Assembly (NCBI GenBank): GCA_964622365.1
Contig: CAZUPM010000002.1
Location: 1 to 41,897, forward strand
Source: an uncultured Candidatus Saccharibacteria bacterium
Lineage (GTDB): Bacteria > Patescibacteriota > Saccharimonadia > Saccharimonadales > UBA4665
Length of the DNA stretch: 41,897 nt
Reading direction: 5' to 3'
Position 1 is the first letter of the stretch; each line of letters opens with the position of its first letter. This document shows positions 6,906-15,539 of the stretch, piece by piece. Under the pieces are notes generated by a model that did not search any database, was not told where the DNA came from, and worked only from the letters and a program-made list of their open reading frames with translations. A program made the position numbers and the translations under genes.

Positions 6906-9668
6906 ATGGCAGTTTACGACGACCAAAAAGATAAGCAGATCGGTTTAGAAAACCCTCTGACCCCAGACGATAATACCGGGCAGCCTACTGGCTCAGGGCT
7001 GAAACAACTAGAAAACAAAGGGGCCCCTTATACAGCCTCAAATACAAGCGGCCAACAGCCAAGCAAGACCCTCAGCCCGCAAGGTCTACATACTGCTGAG
7101 CAAAAAGCTGGAGCATCTTCTAATACTGCGAGGTCAGACGACACCATCAACTCAAACCTTAACGGCGGTTTTTGGAAAGAAGATAGCAAAACTTCTAATT
7201 CTTCTTCTCGCCTTAAAAAGGCTTTAGCTGTAGCCCAAACTACTGTTTTGGGTAGTCGACGAAAGAAACTGTTGGTTGGCGGAGGAGTGGGTGGCTTAAT
7301 AGCTTTATTCGCTATGATTTTTGGCTTGGGGGGCTTAGTATCGTACGAACTAGTACACATAGAGAAAAACCTCGTCCATTACGAGGCAAAGATTGAACAG
7401 CATTTTGAAAAGGGGGCTGCTAAAAAAATAATTCAGGAAACTATAAGTAGACTTAAAAATAAAAGTGCGGCACAAGACCAACAAGATGCAAGCAAAGAGA
7501 CTGCTAGTGGCGAGGAATTAGCAGCCGAAATGGATAGTTTTGATATCACCAGCCCACAAGTAAAAAGCGATTTAGCAAAGGCTGGTGTAACGGTTGAGAC
7601 CGATGCGGCTGGTAATTTTACCGGCCTTAAAGACGCCCAAGGTAATGATATAACTAACGAAATCGGCACTAACAATGCCCTCTTCGATCAAGTGGAAGCC
7701 GGCTTGCCGGAATGGGACGTGGGACAAATAGAATCTTTTAGAAAAACTATGTATGACTGGGCCGATAGCTCTTTTGATGTTTTGCCGGATTCTGCCAACG
7801 ACAACGGTGCTAAAAAAATTGTGGAGGATACCGTTGCGGAGGGCGCCGATGCTGTACAGGCATCTGAAGCTACATTAGAAGAAGATCAACAACCTCCTGA
7901 TAAGAATGCCACTCCCACGGAACAACAGACCTTTAACGATGCCCAAGGATTGGGTAACGACTTAGTTAATGCCGAAAATACTGTAATGGCAGATGTTAAT
8001 TCCGGCATGAGCGAATCCCAGGCTATTGCCGACGCCACCAGTAAGTTCACCCTAGGTAATACACTACTGGCCAGCGTAATAGTCAGTGATTTGTGCAGTA
8101 TTAAAAAAGTTGCAACAGAAGCCGCCAACAGCAGAGTCCCCGAGATAATCACTTTGCTTATCCGGCATGGTACAACGCTGATAAGTTTGGCGGACCAGAT
8201 TAAATCAGGAAACGTGACCAGCAAAGAGGTAAATCAAGTTATGTCAATTTTTAACGGCAATCCGGCCGCCCAGCCCAATTCAAACGGTACGCCAACAGAA
8301 GCCTCTATGCCCTTTAGTAGCTCTGCCGGCTGGCAGCAAGCAACCAGCGGTTTTGCGGATCCGAGCGCGGCGCAAATACAAAGTTCGGCAATCCCCACAG
8401 CGAATACTGGCACTAACATAGTAAGCGAGATAAATGGATTATTAGATAAGGTATCGGTGCCAGGGATTTCTTTCCTGGGGGCTAACGGAGTATGCGCACT
8501 GGAAAACAGTGCCTTTGGTACCATAGCCAATAGTTTAGGTGGAATAGTACAACTTTTTGGAGATGGTTTTTCGTTCGGCACTAGCCAGGTTATATTTACA
8601 GGTGGTTTAATTTTTGTCCAACACGAGCTGCAAAGCACAATAATCCCCGCCATTCTTCGATACTTCACGCCTATAGGTATAGACGGGCACGAGAACTCCG
8701 TGCAGTGGCTTAATAACGCCGGGGTAGGGCTTAATCTATCTTTTGGTAATTACGCCCGGAGTATAGGTGGCAGCTCGCTCAATAAAAGCCAGGCAGATAC
8801 CTTAACAACTGCCGCCAACAATGCCAACACCATCACCGAATCACGTTTGCCGTGGACAACCCGCATATTTGCGCTTAGCAACCCCCAATCTTTAGCCGCC
8901 CGGTTAGTGGGGGATTTGCCGTTGGGGCTTGATAAAACAGTGTCTAGCATTGCCAGTTACTTTGCCAATCTACCGTCTACCATCTTTCACGGCTTGGCGA
9001 ATATCATATTACATCCGGCTTTTGCCGTCCAAAATAACGCTAATGCCGGATATGTGCAGGGTGTATATGGCATTACCCAATATGGGCTTACTGATAGCGC
9101 TGTAAATAAATATGATCCTATTAGTAATGAACAGTACTTATTTTCCACCGTTTACTATGACGGGCATTCAGCCAGGCGCATAGATATGTTGGGCAATCCC
9201 AATATTTACACGAGTAGTCCATGTAGAAGTGCCACCCAAGGTTGTGATCCTAACAATAATGATTTGCTTCATTGCTATGTGGACAGTTATGCACAGTTAG
9301 CTGATAGTACAGACCATTTAACCGATGCGGCCAAAGAATATTGCGGAGCGGTAGTAGACCCAAATACGGGACTTTTGGTGGGGGGTTTAGGCACGTTTGA
9401 CTGCCAGGACCAAGGGCAAGGCTCTTCCAATGGTACGCAGGCAACTAGTTTTATTAACGACCCGAACTGTATAGATAACCCCGATTATTTCCCTGGCAAT
9501 CAGCAGGTAATACAAATTTACTGCCAGGACCTTGTGGGCAATCCTAACGATCCCGCTTGTGATGCCGCGGTCGCTCCACAAATTCATGATGATGTCGGGC
9601 ATTTTGAACAGTATTTGGTCGACACGCACGTAATGGCAGATTACACAAGTTTAAGTAATAATAAATGA
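6906..9668 (+). CDS. Large single-pass membrane protein with an extracytoplasmic domain and a Cys-rich C-terminal region
   Basis: The 920-aa protein has a Ser/Thr/Gln-rich N-terminal ~115 aa, then the TM helix LLVGGGVGGLIALFAMIFGLGGLV. Further hydrophobic stretches occur near FGTSQVIFTGGLIFV. Eight Cys lie in the last ~170 aa. I recognise no family. Confidence 0.75.
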   Translation: MAVYDDQKDKQIGLENPLTPDDNTGQPTGSGLKQLENKGAPYTASNTSGQQPSKTLSPQGLHTAEQKAGASSNTARSDDTINSNLNGGFWKEDSKTSNSSSRLKKALAVAQTTVLGSRRKKLLVGGGVGGLIALFAMIFGLGGLVSYELVHIEKNLVHYEAKIEQHFEKGAAKKIIQETISRLKNKSAAQDQQDASKETASGEELAAEMDSFDITSPQVKSDLAKAGVTVETDAAGNFTGLKDAQGNDITNEIGTNNALFDQVEAGLPEWDVGQIESFRKTMYDWADSSFDVLPDSANDNGAKKIVEDTVAEGADAVQASEATLEEDQQPPDKNATPTEQQTFNDAQGLGNDLVNAENTVMADVNSGMSESQAIADATSKFTLGNTLLASVIVSDLCSIKKVATEAANSRVPEIITLLIRHGTTLISLADQIKSGNVTSKEVNQVMSIFNGNPAAQPNSNGTPTEASMPFSSSAGWQQATSGFADPSAAQIQSSAIPTANTGTNIVSEINGLLDKVSVPGISFLGANGVCALENSAFGTIANSLGGIVQLFGDGFSFGTSQVIFTGGLIFVQHELQSTIIPAILRYFTPIGIDGHENSVQWLNNAGVGLNLSFGNYARSIGGSSLNKSQADTLTTAANNANTITESRLPWTTRIFALSNPQSLAARLVGDLPLGLDKTVSSIASYFANLPSTIFHGLANIILHPAFAVQNNANAGYVQGVYGITQYGLTDSAVNKYDPISNEQYLFSTVYYDGHSARRIDMLGNPNIYTSSPCRSATQGCDPNNNDLLHCYVDSYAQLADSTDHLTDAAKEYCGAVVDPNTGLLVGGLGTFDCQDQGQGSSNGTQATSFINDPNCIDNPDYFPGNQQVIQIYCQDLVGNPNDPACDAAVAPQIHDDVGHFEQYLVDTHVMADYTSLSNNK

Positions 9669-11515
9669 TTAAAAGAGTATTCTTTTTAAGTCTAGCATTA
9701 CTAATCATAACGCCTCTGGGTCAGGCTTTAGCGATTAGTTCACAAGATAGTAGTAGTCTTTATGGTGATAGTGAATACTACTGGCCCAACCAACCCAAGT
9801 GTGATGTAGGTTCTAGTGCCTCTTCTTCCGGCGGGAGTTTAGCTTCAGGATCAAGCATATATATATTAGGTGATTCCATTACCGAACGGGCGCAAAGCGC
9901 GTATCAAACTACTTTTCAGCAAGAAGGCATAGTGGCTAACGTAGACGCCGAAGCCAGCCGTAGCCTAAACGGACCAGGACAAGACGGTAATAAAACTACT
10001 GGTATGCAGGCTATTGCCCAAGATGCTTCGCAGATTAAACTAGCTGGCGCCATAGTGATAGCCCTGGGTACTAATGGCGGCGATACCAACCAAAGCATAG
10101 ACCAAGCAATTGCCGCTATACGTGCCGATAATTCTACAGCTCCTATATATTGGGTTGACTTGATCTCGGTTGGCAGAACCGATAATTACAACCAAACCGT
10201 AATTGGCCCTGGCAACCAGGCAATTTACAGCCAGGCGTCAAGTCAAAACTATCAGGTTATATCATGGTTTAAAACTGTGGATTCTGCCGGTGATCCCCAA
10301 AATCCAACGCCCAAAGAAACTGACCCAAACCATTACATAGACAATAGTGACGGGCTAGGCGTGCACCCCACGCAAGCAGGTATAACTGCCCTGGTTAATT
10401 TAGTATCCGGCACCGTTACCGGCAGCTCTACCCAAACAGCAAGCGGGGCTTCATGTGCTTGCAGTACCGGCAATACACCTTTGGTCGGTTCGGATAACAT
10501 TCAGAAAGCCTTCAACTTCCTTGTTGGCAAAGGGCTAACCGCGAATCAGGCCGCAGCAGTCATTGGTAACCTTGAGCAGGAATCCGGGCAAGGACTCAAT
10601 CCCTCTGCTGACCAAAATAAGGGCACGGCCACAACACCAACACCTAATGACGGGTTCGGCATAGCCCAATGGACTGACCCCGGCAGACAACAAGGACTTG
10701 TCACCCTTGCCCAACAAGAGGGAAAGCCGCCTAATGATTTAGGCGTACAGCTTGACTACTTGTGGCAAGAGCTGACCACCACGCATTCCAATGCATTAAC
10801 AGCACTTAAGGCTGCTGATAATGTCCAGTCTGCTACGATAGCATTCGAGCAGACTTACGAAGCGGCCGGGACGCCTCAGATGCAAAACCGTATAAATTTT
10901 GCGCAAGCTGTTTTAACACAATATGGCGGTTCGGCTCCTTCAGGCAGCAGCCAAACTTCTAGTTCCGGTTGCTCCGTAGGCGCCATTAACTGTAACAGCT
11001 CAAACTCCGCAACAAGCACAAGTGGTCTTAGCCAAGTTAGGAAAAATGTAGTGTGTATAGCTCAGCAGGAATTGGCGTTATGGGAGTCGCAGCCAGGCTA
11101 TCCTTGGAACGGTGAAAACAGTTATTCCGAAACTGGGTACTTAAAATACAGCGAGGGACGTCACGAAGAATGGTGTGCGGACTTTGCTAGTTGGGTTTAT
11201 GACCAAGCCGGTTATCCATTACAGCCAGACCCCAACTGGAATGTTTCTTACGTACCTAACATACAATCTATTGGCGAACAAAACATAAAGTTTCATTGGC
11301 ACCCAGCAGGTAGCGGCTATACGCCTAAGCCAGGAGACTTAGCCATACACGGGTCTCAACACGTCAATATATTTATTTCTTCCAGCGGTGGGACCTCTAC
11401 TTATATAGGCGGAGACCAAGGTAACGGCCCTTATCCTGGGGGCTCAATAGTATCTACTGATACGGAAAGCGGGTACTATTCGGGCGGAATAACTGGTTAC
11501 GTTTCACCGGATTAA
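9665..11515 (+). CDS. Secreted three-domain cell-wall hydrolase (SGNH esterase + phage-tail-type lysozyme + CHAP)
   Basis: The signal peptide is MIKRVFFLSLALLIITPLGQALA. SGNH blocks are IYILGDSITE, ALGTNGG and DGLGVHPT. The lysozyme-like segment reads AAAVIGNLEQESG...GFGIAQWT. The CHAP-like segment has Cys in EWCADFASWVY and His in GDLAIHGSQHVNIF. The ATGA overlaps the upstream stop. Confidence 0.8.
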   Translation: MIKRVFFLSLALLIITPLGQALAISSQDSSSLYGDSEYYWPNQPKCDVGSSASSSGGSLASGSSIYILGDSITERAQSAYQTTFQQEGIVANVDAEASRSLNGPGQDGNKTTGMQAIAQDASQIKLAGAIVIALGTNGGDTNQSIDQAIAAIRADNSTAPIYWVDLISVGRTDNYNQTVIGPGNQAIYSQASSQNYQVISWFKTVDSAGDPQNPTPKETDPNHYIDNSDGLGVHPTQAGITALVNLVSGTVTGSSTQTASGASCACSTGNTPLVGSDNIQKAFNFLVGKGLTANQAAAVIGNLEQESGQGLNPSADQNKGTATTPTPNDGFGIAQWTDPGRQQGLVTLAQQEGKPPNDLGVQLDYLWQELTTTHSNALTALKAADNVQSATIAFEQTYEAAGTPQMQNRINFAQAVLTQYGGSAPSGSSQTSSSGCSVGAINCNSSNSATSTSGLSQVRKNVVCIAQQELALWESQPGYPWNGENSYSETGYLKYSEGRHEEWCADFASWVYDQAGYPLQPDPNWNVSYVPNIQSIGEQNIKFHWHPAGSGYTPKPGDLAIHGSQHVNIFISSSGGTSTYIGGDQGNGPYPGGSIVSTDTESGYYSGGITGYVSPD

Positions 11516-11530
11516 TGAGATAATTTAAGC

Positions 11531-12307
11531 ATGTTGATTGAAGCCTTGCGAAAATATAAAAAGCAGTTATTATTGGCGCTACTTTGTTTACTGGTTATCC
11601 TTGCCGGCTATTTTGCTTACGAGTTGTACCAATCTAAGCATTTTCGCGTTATTAGAACTAACCCTACCGTTAACAATTTCGATAACGTATCGCCTTTCTT
11701 TAAGCTAACTTTTAACAGAACTTTGGTAGGCGCCGGTATAAAACTTACCTCAACGCCTTCCATCATTAAGTCCTATACTGTTAGCGGTAGCACTGTTGAT
11801 GTAAGCATCGAAACACCACTAAAAGCAAATAATAAATATACAATTACCATCAACTCCATTTACGACACTAAGAATGAACACATATACAATAAAAAGATTT
11901 CTTTTGTCCCAATATATGTCCCCTCCCAATCAATACCCCAAGACCAAAAAAAAGCACTCTTAAAAGCGCAGGTTGTCCACCCCGCATCCAAAGCAAATAT
12001 TGTATTTGCCGGTATACAGTCCCTGGTAAATTACGGGGTAACAGAAGCCCAGATCAACGATTTAGAGCAGGCGCTTTATAAGTTCCAGCCCACTGCTCAA
12101 ACGGTTAGTATATACGCCAGCACTATCAAGGTGGCGCCCCACAACCCCGAAAGCTCTAGCACAACTTCCACGATATATTTTAGTGTAGCTGTGGGCCCCA
12201 CAACTTACCAGGCTACAATAAATTACTCTAGCTTAAACAACTTGCAGTTAATTTTAAACAATGCTCGGGGCAGCCAAGTTTTCGATTCCGGAGTTATTAC
12301 ATCTTAG
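11531..12307 (+). CDS. N-terminally membrane-anchored protein with an Ig-like (SbsA/Big-like) beta-rich ectodomain
   Basis: The TM helix is LLLALLCLLVILAGYFAY. The following beta-rich segment reads TSTPSIIKSYTVSGSTVDVSIETPLKANNKYTITINSIYD. Confidence 0.6.
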   Translation: MLIEALRKYKKQLLLALLCLLVILAGYFAYELYQSKHFRVIRTNPTVNNFDNVSPFFKLTFNRTLVGAGIKLTSTPSIIKSYTVSGSTVDVSIETPLKANNKYTITINSIYDTKNEHIYNKKISFVPIYVPSQSIPQDQKKALLKAQVVHPASKANIVFAGIQSLVNYGVTEAQINDLEQALYKFQPTAQTVSIYASTIKVAPHNPESSSTTSTIYFSVAVGPTTYQATINYSSLNNLQLILNNARGSQVFDSGVITS

Positions 12308-12317
12308 TAATAAGGGC

Positions 12318-12346
12318 TAGACATATTTTAGTTTAGATGCTATAAT
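12318..12346 (+). promoter_or_regulatory. Candidate promoter for the lipoprotein gene
   Basis: TAGACA (12318-12323), a 17-nt spacer, then TATAAT (12341-12346). A purine-rich AAGGGGTAGG lies ahead of the GTG at 12390. Confidence 0.4.
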
Positions 12347-12389
12347 TAATGGGTTAAGGATTTTGTTTTGTAGCAAGGGGTAGGTAGTC

Positions 12390-13094
12390 GTGCGGGAAGC
12401 CAATTTTGATAATAATATAGAATCTCCAACGAATCATAATACACTCTCAGTAAGGCGTTTTAGACGTTTAGCTAAAGTTGCTGGCCTTGCTTCTTTATCG
12501 ATTTTGGCGGCTTGCGGTTCCACAGGAGTAGCTTCTTCTCCAGATAGTACGCCCTCTTCCACAACACCTCCGCCTACTTCATCTGGTCGAGGGAACACGC
12601 CCACACAAAACACTCTAAATCCCAATTTTGACCTTTGCGCTGTAATACCAAGTAGTGTAGCTGCAGAAGTTACTGGCACCACTAGCTTTCATTGTTATCC
12701 GCATGTTAATTTTGGTACTGGCGATTATAACAGCACAATAAATGCCGCTTGGAAATTTAAAGATTCCGGAGTTAATAGCATAGCTAGCGTAGTTGCACTA
12801 ATCGAGCCTGAGCATATTAGCCCTAATAGCACCGGAACCCATGCTAGTTCTATGACAAAATTCTTTAGAGATATTACTCCTGACGCACAACCAATTTATG
12901 GTGGCGTAGATGGAGAAAATGCGTATTGGAGCAGTGCAGGTCAGAGCTTGTTGGTCAATGAAGGAGACTATGACGTCCAGATACAAGCATTGTGGTATAC
13001 AATACCACTAAATTCAGAGCAGAGGCTGTCTACCTTGGCTAGCGCTGTTATAGTCTATGGTTTAGAGGGTTCTCAATCTGTCTTCAAAAGTTGA
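12390..13094 (+). CDS. Putative lipoprotein
   Basis: After the basic n-region RRFRRLAK comes the h-region and lipobox LSILAAC, then a Ser/Thr/Pro linker. The gene starts with GTG. Its 3' end overlaps the 3' end of recF by 11 nt, convergently. Confidence 0.65.
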   Translation: MREANFDNNIESPTNHNTLSVRRFRRLAKVAGLASLSILAACGSTGVASSPDSTPSSTTPPPTSSGRGNTPTQNTLNPNFDLCAVIPSSVAAEVTGTTSFHCYPHVNFGTGDYNSTINAAWKFKDSGVNSIASVVALIEPEHISPNSTGTHASSMTKFFRDITPDAQPIYGGVDGENAYWSSAGQSLLVNEGDYDVQIQALWYTIPLNSEQRLSTLASAVIVYGLEGSQSVFKS

Positions 13095-14169
13095 TCGAGC
13101 TAGTGTTTTTGCCCAAAGGGATGATGTTGGTGGTTTCGGTAAAGTGCTGAAGCACGACGTCGGCGTCCGTGGTAGTTATGAACGTCTGATACGGCTTTAA
13201 AAACTTGGTAAGCATTTGGCGGCGGCGGCCATCCAGCTCGCTAAAAACGTCATCTAGCAGCAACATGGGTTTAGTGCCGCGCATTTTATCTAGCTGTTGG
13301 GCTTCCAGCATTTTGAGCGCCAGCAGCAGCGTACGGTTTTCCCCGCGCGAAGCAGTTTGCTGCATTGGCCGGCCGTTTATAAAAATCAACAGGTCATCCC
13401 GATGCGGGCCATGGGCGGTAAAGCCGCGCTCCAAATCTGTCGCTTTGTTGGCTTCCAGTTTGTCTAGCAGGGCACTGGCGTAATTTTTGATGGGGATAGT
13501 GCTGGCATATGACACTTCAATTTTTTCTTTGGTTTTAGACATTTTATCGTAAAGTACGCCTATCTGGCTGTTCATAGCTGCTACCATTTGCGCGCGAGAA
13601 GCGGCAATCTGCGCGCCTAATTCACTCAAACGGATATTCCAGGCAAAAAGCTGGTTGCCCACTTTGTGCGAGCCATTTTTTAATAGGGTGTTGCGCTGCG
13701 ACAGCGCGCGCCTGTACTGGCGCCCGACCAGCCCATAACCAACAACAGTCTGCTCCAGTAGGCCATCTAAAAACTGACGGCGCAGTTCCGGGCTCCCATT
13801 AAATAATTGCAAATGGTCGGGCTCAAAAAGTACGACCGGTAGGGTTTTAGCTGGATTTAGGCGCCTCAGAGATTGCCCGCCCAGTTGGTAACTTTTATGA
13901 ACGCGCCCGTTTTCGGCCTCCAGTTTAACGACCCGGTTTTCGTTTTTGGAAGTATGGGCTTCGACCCGGGCCCATGGCGCATCAAACCGAATAAGCTCGG
14001 TATCTTTGGCGCGGTATGAACTACCGCGGGCAACCACCAAGATGGCTTCCAATAGGTTGGTTTTGCCGCTGGCGTTAGGCCCGATAATAATGTTTACCCC
14101 GGGCGAAAGTTCAAACGACTCATCTTTGTACGAACGGAATCGTTGCAAATAAATATCAGTAATCATCAA
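13084..14169 (-). CDS. recF: DNA replication and repair protein RecF
   Basis: Walker A is GPNASGKTNLLEAI, with LLLDDVFSELD near the C-terminus. The gene has the conserved position after dnaN. Confidence 0.95.
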   Translation of the reverse strand: MMITDIYLQRFRSYKDESFELSPGVNIIIGPNASGKTNLLEAILVVARGSSYRAKDTELIRFDAPWARVEAHTSKNENRVVKLEAENGRVHKSYQLGGQSLRRLNPAKTLPVVLFEPDHLQLFNGSPELRRQFLDGLLEQTVVGYGLVGRQYRRALSQRNTLLKNGSHKVGNQLFAWNIRLSELGAQIAASRAQMVAAMNSQIGVLYDKMSKTKEKIEVSYASTIPIKNYASALLDKLEANKATDLERGFTAHGPHRDDLLIFINGRPMQQTASRGENRTLLLALKMLEAQQLDKMRGTKPMLLLDDVFSELDGRRRQMLTKFLKPYQTFITTTDADVVLQHFTETTNIIPLGKNTSSINF

Positions 14170-14197
14170 TTCTTATGATAGCAAGCGGCAGGCTGTA

Positions 14198-15289
14198 TCA
14201 ACTCTTCAGAGGCATAATGACATGAACATATTCGCTGCCGGCAGGATCTTTTAAAACCGACGGCTCAAGTTTGCCGTTAAAGCAAAAACTGATTTCTTCG
14301 CCGCTAAAGGCATGTAGGCCATCCAGCATGTAACGTGAATTAATGGTTATTTCGCCGCTACCGGTAATTTTACCGCTGGTGCTGGCGGTATTTTCACCTA
14401 ACTGTGAGGCTATGGAGTGGATGCTTACCTTTTTACTAGGCTCATCGATTTTAACCGTGATGCTACCGGCGCTTTCGCGGGCAAACAGGCTGGATACCTT
14501 TGTGATATTTTGTAGTTCAGACCGCTTTACGGTGGCAGTAACCGCGAATTTAGCAGGGATAAGCTTGCGGTAATCCGGGTAATTGCCGTCGATCAGCCTT
14601 GTTACCAGCTCTACGTCACCTACCCGAAACTGGACTTGCTGGCCATCATGCATAATCTGTACTTCTTCTGGCGTTTCGCCCAGAATCCGCAGAAGATCTT
14701 GCAGCGCAGAAGCTGGGATTAGTAGCTGGGCTTGCTGTTTAGAGTTGGTCATTTTGCGTTCGGCTAAACGGTAGCTATCGGTAGCCACGGCGTAAAGCGC
14801 ACCTTCAAAGTCGTGCACATAAACGCCCGTAAGGGCCGGCCTGGCTTCATCACTACTGGCCGCGAATATCACCTGGCTTAAGGCTTCTTTTAAGAGCTCT
14901 CCGGATATTTTCCAGTTTTTACCCTCACCAATAGCTGGCATCACGGGAAATTCATCAACTGATATCCCATTAATTACAGATTGGTATTGGTCGGTTGATA
15001 TTAATAGCTTATGTTCTTCGAGCTCAAGATTAATAACCCCTGGTGGTAGACTACTAATAAACTCTTGCATCAGCCGAGCGGGTACAGTTATACCGCCCTT
15101 ATCACTTATTTTCGAGCCTATGTAGTGGGTTATGGCTATGTCCAGGTTAGTTGCCGCGATACTTAAGCGGTTTCCTACGGTTTTTAGGACCACGTTGGCT
15201 AAAATCGGTAGAGTGCTCCTGCTATTTGCCACCCTAGCAACACTATTCATCGCCTTGTTTAGGTTTTCTTGGGTGACTTGCAGCTTCAA
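14198..15289 (-). CDS. dnaN: DNA polymerase III beta sliding clamp
   Basis: The 363-aa protein has a typical N-terminus (MKLQVTQENLNKAMNSVARVANSRSTLPILANVVL) and lies directly downstream of dnaA. Confidence 0.95.
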   Translation of the reverse strand: MKLQVTQENLNKAMNSVARVANSRSTLPILANVVLKTVGNRLSIAATNLDIAITHYIGSKISDKGGITVPARLMQEFISSLPPGVINLELEEHKLLISTDQYQSVINGISVDEFPVMPAIGEGKNWKISGELLKEALSQVIFAASSDEARPALTGVYVHDFEGALYAVATDSYRLAERKMTNSKQQAQLLIPASALQDLLRILGETPEEVQIMHDGQQVQFRVGDVELVTRLIDGNYPDYRKLIPAKFAVTATVKRSELQNITKVSSLFARESAGSITVKIDEPSKKVSIHSIASQLGENTASTSGKITGSGEITINSRYMLDGLHAFSGEEISFCFNGKLEPSVLKDPAGSEYVHVIMPLKS

Positions 15290-15539
15290 TTTATACCTCC
15301 TGTTTATATAAAAAATTAATTAACTAGTAGAATTTATTATTAGGGCGGTGGATAGTGTGGGAAATCTAACACATAACAGATTGAATTTATAGCCCTGCGG
15401 CTGGTTGTTGGTTGTAGAAAAGGTTGGCATAAACTCCGCAAAAAAGCCCTGGTTTCTCCACAAGCCCCTACAAAAATTTTTCAGCCTGCGGATAAAAAAA
15501 GAATCCGGCCACACCCTCTCCACAATAAAAACACACAAG
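15290..15539. promoter_or_regulatory. dnaA-dnaN spacer: AT-rich unwinding-element candidate plus degenerate DnaA boxes (oriC half)
   Basis: The AT-rich run is 15301-15343. Box-like 9-mers are GGTGGATAG (15347-15355), TTCTCCACA (15454-15462), TGCGGATAA (15487-15495) and CTCTCCACA (15516-15524), judged against TTATCCACA. Confidence 0.5.

Noticed and set aside
12390-12520. A twin-arginine (Tat) signal on the lipoprotein (SVRRFRRLAK).
   Set aside because: The residues after either RR pair do not fit the RRxFLK consensus. A plain Sec/SPII lipoprotein signal (lipobox ILAAC) explains it.
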